From assembly GCA_039630055.1 (NCBI GenBank), contig JBCNVN010000001.1:160544-224543 (forward strand): a DNA stretch of 64,000 nt, in the 5' to 3' direction. The DNA comes from Candidatus Caldarchaeales archaeon. Its GTDB lineage: Archaea > Thermoproteota > Nitrososphaeria_A > Caldarchaeales > Wolframiiraptoraceae. The notes under the pieces were generated by a model. The model searched no databases, was not told the DNA's origin, and worked only from the letters and a program-made list of their open reading frames with translations. Below, in pieces: positions 28,057 to 37,124 of the stretch (its first letter is position 1; each line of letters begins with the position of its first letter). Position numbers and translations under genes: made by a program.

Positions 28057-28925
28057 TGGGGATGGCTCAGAAACAGATTCTGAGAGAAAATATCGTTGGA
28101 GAAACCCCGAGAGATGACCTTATAAGGAAAGATAGATTTCCTCACATATGGTGTCCAGGATGCTCTTTAGGAACGGTCTTGAAATGCTATGTAGAAGCTA
28201 TCGCATCTTCCAATATACCTGTAGATAAGCATGTGGTGGTATCAGGGATAGGTTGTACTGGTAGGATTGCTGGATACGTTAAACTCGACTCTTATCATGT
28301 TACACATGGAAGACCGATAGCATTTGCTGAAGGTTTAAGGATCGTTAGACCAGACTTAGAAGTAACAGTTATCAGTGGAGACGGAGACCTAGTGACCATA
28401 GGTGGAAACCATTTCATACATGCCATTAGAAGAAATGTCGATATAAACGTCTTCCTCGTCAATAACTTCATATATGGGATGACTGGGAACCAGATGGGAT
28501 CAACCACACCAATAGGAGCGAAGAGTTCTACGAGCCCATATGGTTGCCCAGAACACCCATTCAATCTTCCTCTACTAGTAGCATCCCTAGGAGCGCCATT
28601 TGTCGCAAGATGGACTACCCTTCATGCTAGACAACTTGCAGATGCGATGAAGAGAGCTATGCAGGTTAAAGGATTTGCATTTATAGAGATAATAACCTCA
28701 TGTCCGGTTGGATTCGGATCATATAATGAGTTGAGAGATGGTCTAGACTTCATAAAACTATTCAGAGAGAGCTGCGTAGTAGATCATACAGCAGATCTTA
28801 GCAAAGTTGGAATTACACTAAGACCTGGTGAGCCTATAATTCTTGGAAACTTCGTTGATAGAGAGGTCCCAAGCTATCATGATCTGGAAAGAGAGGTTTT
28901 CAAGAAGGCTGGGTGGTTAAAGTGA
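28053..28925 (+). CDS. korB: 2-oxoacid:ferredoxin oxidoreductase beta subunit (TPP)
   Basis: Motifs WCPGCSLGTV and ISGDGDLVTIGGNHFIHA. It overlaps korA by 4 nt. Confidence 0.8.
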   Translation: MMGMAQKQILRENIVGETPRDDLIRKDRFPHIWCPGCSLGTVLKCYVEAIASSNIPVDKHVVVSGIGCTGRIAGYVKLDSYHVTHGRPIAFAEGLRIVRPDLEVTVISGDGDLVTIGGNHFIHAIRRNVDINVFLVNNFIYGMTGNQMGSTTPIGAKSSTSPYGCPEHPFNLPLLVASLGAPFVARWTTLHARQLADAMKRAMQVKGFAFIEIITSCPVGFGSYNELRDGLDFIKLFRESCVVDHTADLSKVGITLRPGEPIILGNFVDREVPSYHDLEREVFKKAGWLK

Positions 28926-29449
28926 GATGGGATATTAGATGGGCTGGATTCGGTGGTCAAGGAGTTATTAGAGCTGGAGAGCTACTTGGGAGAGCCGCTG
29001 TGAGACAGGGATTGGACTCTGCTATGAGACCTATGTATGGTCCCGAGAAGACGGGTGGATGGTCTAGAGCCGATGTAGTCATCTCAGATCAGCCGATAAT
29101 CTTCCCCCTAATAGTTAGACCCGATATACTCGTAGCTATGTCTCAAGATGGTATGAATAGGGATGGTGCATCCCTCAGAAAAGATGGATACTTACTGATA
29201 GATGGAGAATTGGTGAAGGATATAAGATGTCATCCTTCCAAGATATACTCTGTCGAGGCAACTAGCATAGCAGATAATCTAGGAAGAAGGATAATGGCGA
29301 ACATCGTTATGCTGGGAGCTTTTACCAAGGCATTCAAGATAGTGGACCGAGAGATTCTTCTAAAGACGATAATGGAGACTTTTCCAAAAGCTGCTGAACT
29401 CAATAAGAAAGCCTTCCAGCTAGGTGAAGAAAATTTGAAGGAGGTGTAG
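28913..29449 (+). CDS. korG: 2-oxoacid:ferredoxin oxidoreductase gamma subunit
   Basis: Starts IRWAGFGGQGV. Size is 178 aa. It overlaps korB by 13 nt. Confidence 0.8.
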   Translation: MVKVRWDIRWAGFGGQGVIRAGELLGRAAVRQGLDSAMRPMYGPEKTGGWSRADVVISDQPIIFPLIVRPDILVAMSQDGMNRDGASLRKDGYLLIDGELVKDIRCHPSKIYSVEATSIADNLGRRIMANIVMLGAFTKAFKIVDREILLKTIMETFPKAAELNKKAFQLGEENLKEV

Positions 29450-29455
29450 ACATAG

Positions 29456-32400
29456 TTGCCTGATGAGGTATTGGTTATAGGTGGAGGTATAGCTGGGATA
29501 CAGTGTTCGTTGGACTTGGCCAATGCAGGTGTAAAAGTAGTTCTAGTCGAGAAGTCTCCGACCATCGGTGGGAAGATGGCTATACTAGATAAGAACTTCC
29601 CAACACTAGACTGTTCTATCTGTATCGAGGCACCTAAGATGAGCGAGGTTGGGAAGCATCCCAACATAGAACTACTAACTCTAGCCGAGGTAGTGAATGT
29701 AGAGAGAGATGGTAAAGACTATGTGGTTGAGATATATCAGAAGCCTCGATATGTAACAAGCGAATGTAGTAGATGTGGTCTCTGCATAGATGCATGTCCC
29801 GTACTCTTGAAGAATGAGTTCGATTATGGAATGGCTGTTAGAAAAGCGATATATACCCCTATACCTCAGTCAGAGCCTGGAGCATACGTCATTGATATCG
29901 AGAACTGCTTGAACAAGCCTCCAAACTATCTTCCATGCGATAGATGTATCCAAGTATGTGGCCCGAAATGCATAGACTTCTTCATGAAGCCTAAACTGAT
30001 AAAGAAGAAGGTCAAGGCGATAATCATAGCAACAGGGTTCGAGGTCTTCGATGCAACGAGAATACCTGACTATGCTTACGGACTACATCCAGATGTATTA
30101 ACCTCTATCGAGTATGAAAGACTTCTACAATCGACCGGTCCAAGCGGAGGAGAGATAGTCAAACCTAGTAATGGAAAACATCCTGAGAATATACTATTCA
30201 TACTCTGTGTTGGTTCGAGAGATCCTAGATATAACAGATATTGTTCAAGGTTCTGCTGTATGTATACTATAAAAGAGGCGGTCCAGACGGTGGAACATGG
30301 AATAAAGAATGTAGACATACTCTACATGGATATCCGAGCATATGGTAAAGGGTTTGATGGATTCTATAAGAGGGCTAAAGAAGAGGGTGTAAGATTCATA
30401 AAAGGGAGGGCTGGAAGAGTAATACCGGATGGAGAGAAGCTGAAGGTAAGATTTGAAAATATTGCTGATGGAAGGATGGAGGAGAAAGATTATGATATGA
30501 TTGTTCTAGCAGTAGCTTCAGAGCCTCCGCCAGACCTAGCCAAATTGGCGAAAATACTAGGTATAGAGTTGGATGAAGATGGCTTTGTCAAGACTACACC
30601 TATAAATGGAAAGATGGTGGCCACAAGCCGGGAAGGGATCTTCGTCTGTGGAGGAGCCTCAGGCCCCAAAGACATCGCAGATAGTGTTACAGAAGCGGGA
30701 GCAGCAGCCTCTGCAGCACTTGAATATATAAGAGAGAAGAGCTGGCCCTCGGAGGAGTTTAAAGAGACCATCCCATCGGAGGGAGAGCCGAGGGTAGGTG
30801 TATTCGTATGCCATTGTGGGTCGAATATCGCAGGGGTAGCAGATGTTAAATTGCTCGCTGAAGAGGCTGGAAAGATCCCTGGCGTAGTCCACTCTGAAGA
30901 TCTTAGATTTGCATGCGCAGGAGTATATACAAAGTACATTGAAGAAGTTATTAAAGAGAAGAAGATAAATAGGCTCGTCGTAGCCGCATGCTCTCCTAAA
31001 ACTCATACAAACGTATTTACTGGAGCTGCGATGAGGGCAGGCTTAAACCCCTACCTATTCGAGATGGCGAATATAAGAAATCTAGATACATGGGTTCATG
31101 CAGCTTATCCGAAGGAGGCAACAGAGAAAGCTCTAGACATGATAAAGATGGCGGTCGCCAAGGCGAAGCTGCTCAAGCCGCTTCACGTCGTCAAGCTTCC
31201 AGTAACTAGAAGAGCATTAGTCGTTGGAGGAGGTGTAGCAGGGATGGCGGCGGCCACCAGCTTGGCTCGTCAAGGTTTCGAAACATACCTTGTAGAAAAA
31301 GAAGATCGGTTGGGAGGACTATTGAGATACTTGGATACCATAGCGCCAGAGAATATTAAGGCAGAAGACCTCCTCAAAGAGATGGAGAGAGAACTATATG
31401 ATTCTGGGGTAAGGGTAATTCTCGGAGCAAAGATAGAGTCTGTCAGCGGATATATTGGAAACTTCTTGGTAAACCTATCTAATGGAGAGAAGCTAGAGGT
31501 TGGGTCGATTATACTGGCTACAGGTGCGAAACCCTATCAACCTCAAGGCCCATTCCAATCAAATGGTGGCCAGATAATTACTTCACTAGACTTAGATGGA
31601 CGGCTCAAGAATGGAGATAACATGGATGCCAAGAACGTTGTCTTCATAGGATGTGTAGGATCTAGATATGATTCAAAAGGCTGCTCTAGATTCTGCTGTC
31701 AAGTAATGATAAAGCAGGCTGTAAAGTTGAGAGAGATTGGAAAGAATGTGTTCATACTATACAAGGATATTAGAACTTATAGTAGGAAGGCGGAAGAATT
31801 ATATGAAAAGGCTAGATCTCTTGGAGTAAGATTCATAAAATATGACCCTGAGAAAAGGCCGGAAGAAGCGGTAAAGATAGAGAATGGATTTGTAACTGTT
31901 AGAGATGAACTACTTGGAGAAGATATCCAGATACCTGCCGACCTAATAGTCTTAAACATAGGCTTAACACCGAACGATGATATAAATCCAATAGTAGAAC
32001 AGTTGAAGATAGCGAGAGATGAGGCAGGTTTCCTACTCGAACTCCATCCGAAGCTGGGTCCAGTAGAATCTATGGTGGGAGGAGTATTCTTGGCGGGAAC
32101 AGCTCAAAACCCCAAAGATGTAAGGGAAGCGATCACTCAAGGTCTAGCCGCTGCAGCCAAAGCATCCGCACTACTCGCTAAAGATACTATCGATAAGGAG
32201 CCTCTAATGCCCAGGATCAACTATGATAAATGTACCTACTGTCAAAGATGTGTCCAAGTATGCACCTTCTCTGCTTTAAGAGGAGAGTTAAGAAAGAGTC
32301 TCGAGCTTATCAGTGCCCTCTGTCAAGGTTGTGGATGCTGCTCAGCTGAATGTATGGTTGGAGCGATAGAGGCTCCAGGATTTACAGATGAACAGATCAT

Positions 32401-32863
32401 TGCTCAGATAGATGCAGCTCTAGAAGATAAACCTTATGAGAAAGCTATAGTGTTCGCATGTAACTGGTGCTCTTATGCGGGAGCAGACCAAGCAGGTATA
32501 GAGAAGCTCCAGTATCCTCCAAGCTCTAGAGTCATCAGGACTATGTGCTCTGCCAGGATCTCACAGAAATTCATATTGAGAGCATTCGAGAAGGGTGCGG
32601 CAGTGGTAATGGTTACGGGATGCTGGCCCCAAGACTGCCACTATAATTACGCCAACCTCAATACCGAGAAGAGGTTTAGGCAGTGGAGAAAGATGCTTGA
32701 GGCGAGAGGCATAAACCCTGAGAGACTGATACTCCACTGGAACAGTGCAGCCGAGAGCAAGAGGTGGGCGGCGAAGATGAAGGAGGTTGATGAGCTGATA
32801 AGAAAGATTCCGAGAGAAGAGATTATCGAGACAATCCAGAAGATTGGAGGTGTAAAGAAGTGA
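29456..32863 (+). CDS. Giant HdrA-family flavoprotein: two FAD modules, an HdrA N-domain, a 2x[4Fe-4S] ferredoxin domain and a C-terminal MvhD domain
   Basis: 1135 aa. GGGIAG lies at aa 9-14, followed by LDCSIC and inserted Cys motifs (CSRCGLCIDACP, CDRCIQVC). The HdrA N-domain is VFVCHCGSNI...AACSPKTH...ANIRN (aa about 446-550). A second GGGVAG lies at aa 591-596. CVGSR...CSRFCC is present in both modules. The ferredoxin domain is CTYCQRCVQVC / CQGCGCCSAEC. The MvhD domain is FACNWCSYAGAD...TGCWPQDCHY. Confidence 0.8.
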   Translation: MPDEVLVIGGGIAGIQCSLDLANAGVKVVLVEKSPTIGGKMAILDKNFPTLDCSICIEAPKMSEVGKHPNIELLTLAEVVNVERDGKDYVVEIYQKPRYVTSECSRCGLCIDACPVLLKNEFDYGMAVRKAIYTPIPQSEPGAYVIDIENCLNKPPNYLPCDRCIQVCGPKCIDFFMKPKLIKKKVKAIIIATGFEVFDATRIPDYAYGLHPDVLTSIEYERLLQSTGPSGGEIVKPSNGKHPENILFILCVGSRDPRYNRYCSRFCCMYTIKEAVQTVEHGIKNVDILYMDIRAYGKGFDGFYKRAKEEGVRFIKGRAGRVIPDGEKLKVRFENIADGRMEEKDYDMIVLAVASEPPPDLAKLAKILGIELDEDGFVKTTPINGKMVATSREGIFVCGGASGPKDIADSVTEAGAAASAALEYIREKSWPSEEFKETIPSEGEPRVGVFVCHCGSNIAGVADVKLLAEEAGKIPGVVHSEDLRFACAGVYTKYIEEVIKEKKINRLVVAACSPKTHTNVFTGAAMRAGLNPYLFEMANIRNLDTWVHAAYPKEATEKALDMIKMAVAKAKLLKPLHVVKLPVTRRALVVGGGVAGMAAATSLARQGFETYLVEKEDRLGGLLRYLDTIAPENIKAEDLLKEMERELYDSGVRVILGAKIESVSGYIGNFLVNLSNGEKLEVGSIILATGAKPYQPQGPFQSNGGQIITSLDLDGRLKNGDNMDAKNVVFIGCVGSRYDSKGCSRFCCQVMIKQAVKLREIGKNVFILYKDIRTYSRKAEELYEKARSLGVRFIKYDPEKRPEEAVKIENGFVTVRDELLGEDIQIPADLIVLNIGLTPNDDINPIVEQLKIARDEAGFLLELHPKLGPVESMVGGVFLAGTAQNPKDVREAITQGLAAAAKASALLAKDTIDKEPLMPRINYDKCTYCQRCVQVCTFSALRGELRKSLELISALCQGCGCCSAECMVGAIEAPGFTDEQIIAQIDAALEDKPYEKAIVFACNWCSYAGADQAGIEKLQYPPSSRVIRTMCSARISQKFILRAFEKGAAVVMVTGCWPQDCHYNYANLNTEKRFRQWRKMLEARGINPERLILHWNSAAESKRWAAKMKEVDELIRKIPREEIIETIQKIGGVKK

Positions 32864-34005
32864 GCAAGACTGTAATGGTAAACCTGGAGTTTATGGAGAA
32901 ACTTTCACAACTAACAGCAAATACATCTAATTATTGTTATCAATGTGGAACATGTACCGCCTCATGTCCATTCAATATTCTTAAGCCTGACACGATAAAT
33001 CCTAGAAAGATAGTAAGGAGAGCTCTTCTCGGAGTACAGTATGATGATGGAAGCCTTTGGCTCTGCTCTACATGTGGATTATGTGAAGCTAAATGTCCAT
33101 GGAGTATAAGGATACCTGAAGTAGTTAGAGCCTTCAGACAGCTTGCGGTAGAGAAAAGAAAGATACCTCAGAAACTAGAAGAGACACTCTGGATGATATA
33201 TGAAGATGGAACAGCCTTCCCAGGCTCTAGTGTTGAGAGAGCTTCATGGATTGAGGGGATGAAGATCAAGGATGCCCTAAAAGAGAAGGTTAAGGTCCTA
33301 CTATATGTGGGATGCTTAACATCATTCGATAAGAGACTGCAGAAGATTGCAAAGTCTCTAGCAGCCGTACTAGCTAAAGCAGAAGTAGATTTTGGAATAC
33401 TAGGTAGAGAGGAGAGATGCTGTGGAGATGTAGTATACAATATTGGAGAAGAAGCTTTCCTAGAAGAACTGGCCACCCAAAATATTGAGAGATTTAACAG
33501 AACAGGTGCAGAGAGCATCATTACAATCTCACCCCACTCTGCCCACATGTTTAAGAAGATATATCCAAGATATGGATTAAAAATCCCTGCAATGCATTAT
33601 ATCGAGTTTCTAGCAGACCTTATCGAGAGAGATAAGATAAGGTTGGAGAAGCCTGTAAACGGCGTGGTAACAGTACATGATCCATGCTATCTTGGAAGAT
33701 ATCTGAAGTTATATGAAGAGCCGAGGAAGATGCTCTCAAACATACCGGGTCTAAAAATCGTTGAGATGAAGGATAACAGGGAGAATACGATATGCTGTGG
33801 AAGTGGAGGTGGAAGACACTTCCTCGAGACCCATGAAGAGAGGCTCAGCCATTACAGGATAGCGCAGGCGGCTGAAACAGAGGCTAAGACCATCGTAGCC
33901 CCATGCCCCTTCTGCATACAGAACTTTGAAGACAGCATAAAGATAAAGAGACTAGATATGAATGTTAGAGACGTAGTAGAGCTTATCAACCTCTCTGTAA
34001 GTTAA
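32860..34005 (+). CDS. HdrC/HdrB-type fusion (HdrD/DsrK-like) Fe-S protein with two CCG domains, the first lacking its terminal CxxC
   Basis: The N-terminal 2x[4Fe-4S] motifs are CYQCGTCTASCP and CSTCGLCEAKCP. CCG domain 1 is VGC-x34-CCG-x34-SPHS. CCG domain 2 is PCYLG...ICCGSGGG...PCPFC. Confidence 0.75.
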   Translation: MSKTVMVNLEFMEKLSQLTANTSNYCYQCGTCTASCPFNILKPDTINPRKIVRRALLGVQYDDGSLWLCSTCGLCEAKCPWSIRIPEVVRAFRQLAVEKRKIPQKLEETLWMIYEDGTAFPGSSVERASWIEGMKIKDALKEKVKVLLYVGCLTSFDKRLQKIAKSLAAVLAKAEVDFGILGREERCCGDVVYNIGEEAFLEELATQNIERFNRTGAESIITISPHSAHMFKKIYPRYGLKIPAMHYIEFLADLIERDKIRLEKPVNGVVTVHDPCYLGRYLKLYEEPRKMLSNIPGLKIVEMKDNRENTICCGSGGGRHFLETHEERLSHYRIAQAAETEAKTIVAPCPFCIQNFEDSIKIKRLDMNVRDVVELINLSVS

Positions 34006-34014
34006 GATATAGAG

Positions 34015-34992
34015 ATGATTGGAGATTATTATAGTGGAATATGGGTATTTTTAGAAAGGCGTAGAGACCAGATAGCCGAGCCATCCCTTGAAGTATTGGG
34101 AAAAGCACGACAGCTAGCCGATAAGCATAGAGATGAACTAGTAGGGTTGATAGCTGGCTCTCATAATCTAGATGGTCTCGGCGAACAAGCAATACAGTAT
34201 GGAGCCGACAAGGTCTACATAATCGAAGACCCACTACTAGAAGAGTACTCAACTATTCCATTTGCAGAAGCATTATCGAGAACCATCACTAGATATAAGC
34301 CGAATATACTACTTTATCCAGCTACCAGGAATGGTAGAGATCTAGCAGGAAGAATATCTGCAAAGCTCAATCTCGGACTGTCAGCCAACACCGTATGGCT
34401 AGACATCTTAGAGGATGGATCTCTATTAGCCGGGGTCCCCGGGTTCGGAGGCTCGATAATGGCGGTAACAAAATGTTTAACGAGACCTCAGATGGCCACG
34501 GTGAGACCTGGAGCATTCCCGAAACCCCGTCCAGACTCATCTAGAAAAGGTATAATTGAAAGAGTAGATGTAGGTAAGCTTCCAGAACCTAGAACCGTTG
34601 TAATAGAGAGGATGACTTTTGAGGTTGAAGATATAAGCAAAGCTGAGATGATAGTTGTTGCTGGCGCAGGCGTTAGAGATAGGGTCGAGATGGTTAAGGA
34701 GCTTGCTGAAGAACTGGGATGGGCATTTGGAGCATCTAGACCCCTCTCAGATGAAGGCCTCGTTCCTAGAGATATCTTTATCGGGGCGACTGGAAAGGTG
34801 GTCAGACCTAAGATCGCATTGATAATAGGTGTTAGCGGTGCAGCTCACTTCATCTCAGGGATAGCTGAAGCAGAGAAGATAATCTCGATAAACATCGACC
34901 CGGAGGCACCTATACACAGCTACTCAGACTACTCGATAGTTGGAGATGGATACAAGATAGTTCCAAAACTCTTAGAGAAGCTAAGGATGTGA
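34015..34992 (+). CDS. etfA: Electron transfer flavoprotein alpha subunit
   Basis: The C-terminal FAD domain is AFGASRPLSDEGLVPRDIFIGATGKVVRPKIALIIGVSGAAHFISG...YSIVGD. Confidence 0.85.
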   Translation: MIGDYYSGIWVFLERRRDQIAEPSLEVLGKARQLADKHRDELVGLIAGSHNLDGLGEQAIQYGADKVYIIEDPLLEEYSTIPFAEALSRTITRYKPNILLYPATRNGRDLAGRISAKLNLGLSANTVWLDILEDGSLLAGVPGFGGSIMAVTKCLTRPQMATVRPGAFPKPRPDSSRKGIIERVDVGKLPEPRTVVIERMTFEVEDISKAEMIVVAGAGVRDRVEMVKELAEELGWAFGASRPLSDEGLVPRDIFIGATGKVVRPKIALIIGVSGAAHFISGIAEAEKIISINIDPEAPIHSYSDYSIVGDGYKIVPKLLEKLRM

Positions 34993-34998
34993 AGTAAG

Positions 34999-35790
34999 AT
35001 GATGCATGTGATAGTATGTATGAAGATTACTCCAAAATCTGAACAAGTTAAGCTAGACCCATCGACAAAGACGATAATAAGAGAAGGGGTAGAGAATGAG
35101 ATAAACCCTGCAGATAAGAATGCATTAGAAGCCGCCCTACAACTTAAGGATAAACATAATTGTAAGGTAACCGTGCTTGGGATGGGGCCACCGATCTGGG
35201 AACCCTTCATGAAGCTGGCGATCGCTATGGGAGCAGATGATGCAGTTCTAGTATCAGATAAAGCTTTTGCAGGAGCAGATACATTAGCGACTAGTAGAAC
35301 ACTGGCAGAAGCAATAAAGAAGATAGGAGAATATCATATAATATTGTGTGGAGAAGAGTCTAGTGATGCTGGAACAGGTCACGTCCCCCCAAGCATCGCA
35401 GAGTTCCTAAACATACCCCAGATAACCTACGTTAATAGTGTTGAGATAGTTGATGGTAAGATTAGAGCGAAGAGAGTGCTTGAAGGAGCATATGAAGTCC
35501 TAGAATGTGGCCCTCCAGTTCTACTATCTATCGAGTATGGATCTAATACACCGCGATTTCCTGATTTTAGAAGAAAGAGATGGGCGGATAAAGAATTCAA
35601 GCTTAAAGTCTTGAGTATAAAGGATCTACAACTTAACGAGGAGGAGGTAGGGTTGAAGGGAAGCAGAAGTATCGTAGAAGAATTGAGAGAGATGGGTTTG
35701 AAAGAGAGGGCTAGACAGAAGATTACAGGGTCGGAGGATGAGATCGTATCCCAGATACTTGACATCATCAGGCCATACATCAAAAAGTAA
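34999..35790 (+). CDS. etfB: Electron transfer flavoprotein beta subunit
   Basis: Motifs VIVCMKITPKSEQVKLD...EINPADKNALEAALQLKD and CGEESSDAGTGHVPPSIAEFLNIPQITYV. Confidence 0.85.
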   Translation: MMHVIVCMKITPKSEQVKLDPSTKTIIREGVENEINPADKNALEAALQLKDKHNCKVTVLGMGPPIWEPFMKLAIAMGADDAVLVSDKAFAGADTLATSRTLAEAIKKIGEYHIILCGEESSDAGTGHVPPSIAEFLNIPQITYVNSVEIVDGKIRAKRVLEGAYEVLECGPPVLLSIEYGSNTPRFPDFRRKRWADKEFKLKVLSIKDLQLNEEEVGLKGSRSIVEELREMGLKERARQKITGSEDEIVSQILDIIRPYIKK

Positions 35791-35820
35791 GATAAGACAT
35801 AATAATTCCAAACCTCATAT

Positions 35821-36528
35821 TTGTATCTGGACGATATGCATAATCAGACCATCATAGTGGTATGGGAAGGAGTGGAGGGAGCTGGGAAGACAACCCTTCT
35901 AAAGAAGACTTCAGAGATCTTAGAATCGATGAATCTTAAAACTATATCTTATAAGACTCCAAGCGATACACCAACTGGAGTATTTGCAAAGAAGTATGGG
36001 AATAGGCTTGAGATCGACCATCTGACCCGAATGCTCCTATTCTTGGCCAATACATCTGACGACTCAGCCAGAATGAAGAAAGATATAGAACTCAACAATC
36101 CCGACTACTACTTCATAGATAGATACTACTTATGCTCTATAGTTTATGGATTTGCACTATCTAGATCGAGGGGAGAAGATGTTGGAGAAATAGAGCTTAT
36201 ACAGATGATCAACCTAATCGAGAAGGCTGGATCAAAGATCTTGTTGAAACCCGATATCTACGTTATAGTTGATGTTGTAGAAGAGGATAGGAGGAGAAGA
36301 TTGGAAGGTAGAGGGGAACAGAAAAGTATTGTAAGTATGGAAGATGTGATAGAGCAGGATACGACTCTACAGGATTTTGTCAGAGGATTCTATAGGGTCC
36401 TCTACGAAACTGGTAAGATGAGATTGATCTGGATAGAGAATGTTGAGGGAAGGTTGGAAGAGGCCGCCTGGAAGGTAGTCAATGAGTTATTGGAATTGAG
36501 GAAGTCTTACATAACATCTTTAAGCTAG
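35821..36528 (+). CDS. tmk: Thymidylate (dTMP) kinase
   Basis: P-loop WEGVEGAGKTT, DRY-type motif FIDRYYLCSIVYG and a lid rich in Arg (EEDRRRRLEGRG). TTG start. Confidence 0.7.
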   Translation: MYLDDMHNQTIIVVWEGVEGAGKTTLLKKTSEILESMNLKTISYKTPSDTPTGVFAKKYGNRLEIDHLTRMLLFLANTSDDSARMKKDIELNNPDYYFIDRYYLCSIVYGFALSRSRGEDVGEIELIQMINLIEKAGSKILLKPDIYVIVDVVEEDRRRRLEGRGEQKSIVSMEDVIEQDTTLQDFVRGFYRVLYETGKMRLIWIENVEGRLEEAAWKVVNELLELRKSYITSLS

Positions 36529-36545
36529 ATGGAAGAATATGGAGG

Positions 36546-37124
36546 ATGATGGCTGAGCTAACTAGAACATTCATCGCGGTAGACTTTGATAATCCACTCA
36601 TAATCAGTAGAGTTCAAGATATTCAGAGAGAGTTGAGAAGTTCGGGGATAGTGGCTAAGGATGTTGAGCCTGAAAACCTCCATCTTACACTTTGGTTCTT
36701 TGGAGAGGTAACACAAGAGAAGCTTAGGATCTTGATGGAGGAAGTAAGAAAGATCAGCTTCAAACAATTCGAGTTGATGGTTAGAGGGCTCAGATACTTT
36801 CCAGGAGGAGATAGGATAAATGTCCTCTGGATAGGGGTTGAAGATAGACAAGACATGCTGAGAAATATTCTCGACCAGTTGGTGAACAATCTTAAAAAGA
36901 AGGGTTTTAAATATGATGAGAGAGGTTTCACACCCCATCTCACAATAGCCAGAGTAAAATATATCCAAGATAAGCAGAAAGCTCTCAAAACTATTCAGAA
37001 TCTGAGCGATGTTGATTTAGGTGTTCAGATAGTATCATCGGTAAAACTTAAGAAGAGTGTATTAACGAGCAGAGGCCCCATCTATAGTGACCTTCTAGTC
37101 GTGGAGGCTGAGAAGAATCCTTGA
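36546..37124 (+). CDS. thpR: RNA 2',3'-cyclic phosphodiesterase (2H family, ThpR/LigT)
   Basis: Two HxTx motifs: HLTLWFFGE and HLTIARV. Confidence 0.8.
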   Translation: MMAELTRTFIAVDFDNPLIISRVQDIQRELRSSGIVAKDVEPENLHLTLWFFGEVTQEKLRILMEEVRKISFKQFELMVRGLRYFPGGDRINVLWIGVEDRQDMLRNILDQLVNNLKKKGFKYDERGFTPHLTIARVKYIQDKQKALKTIQNLSDVDLGVQIVSSVKLKKSVLTSRGPIYSDLLVVEAEKNP

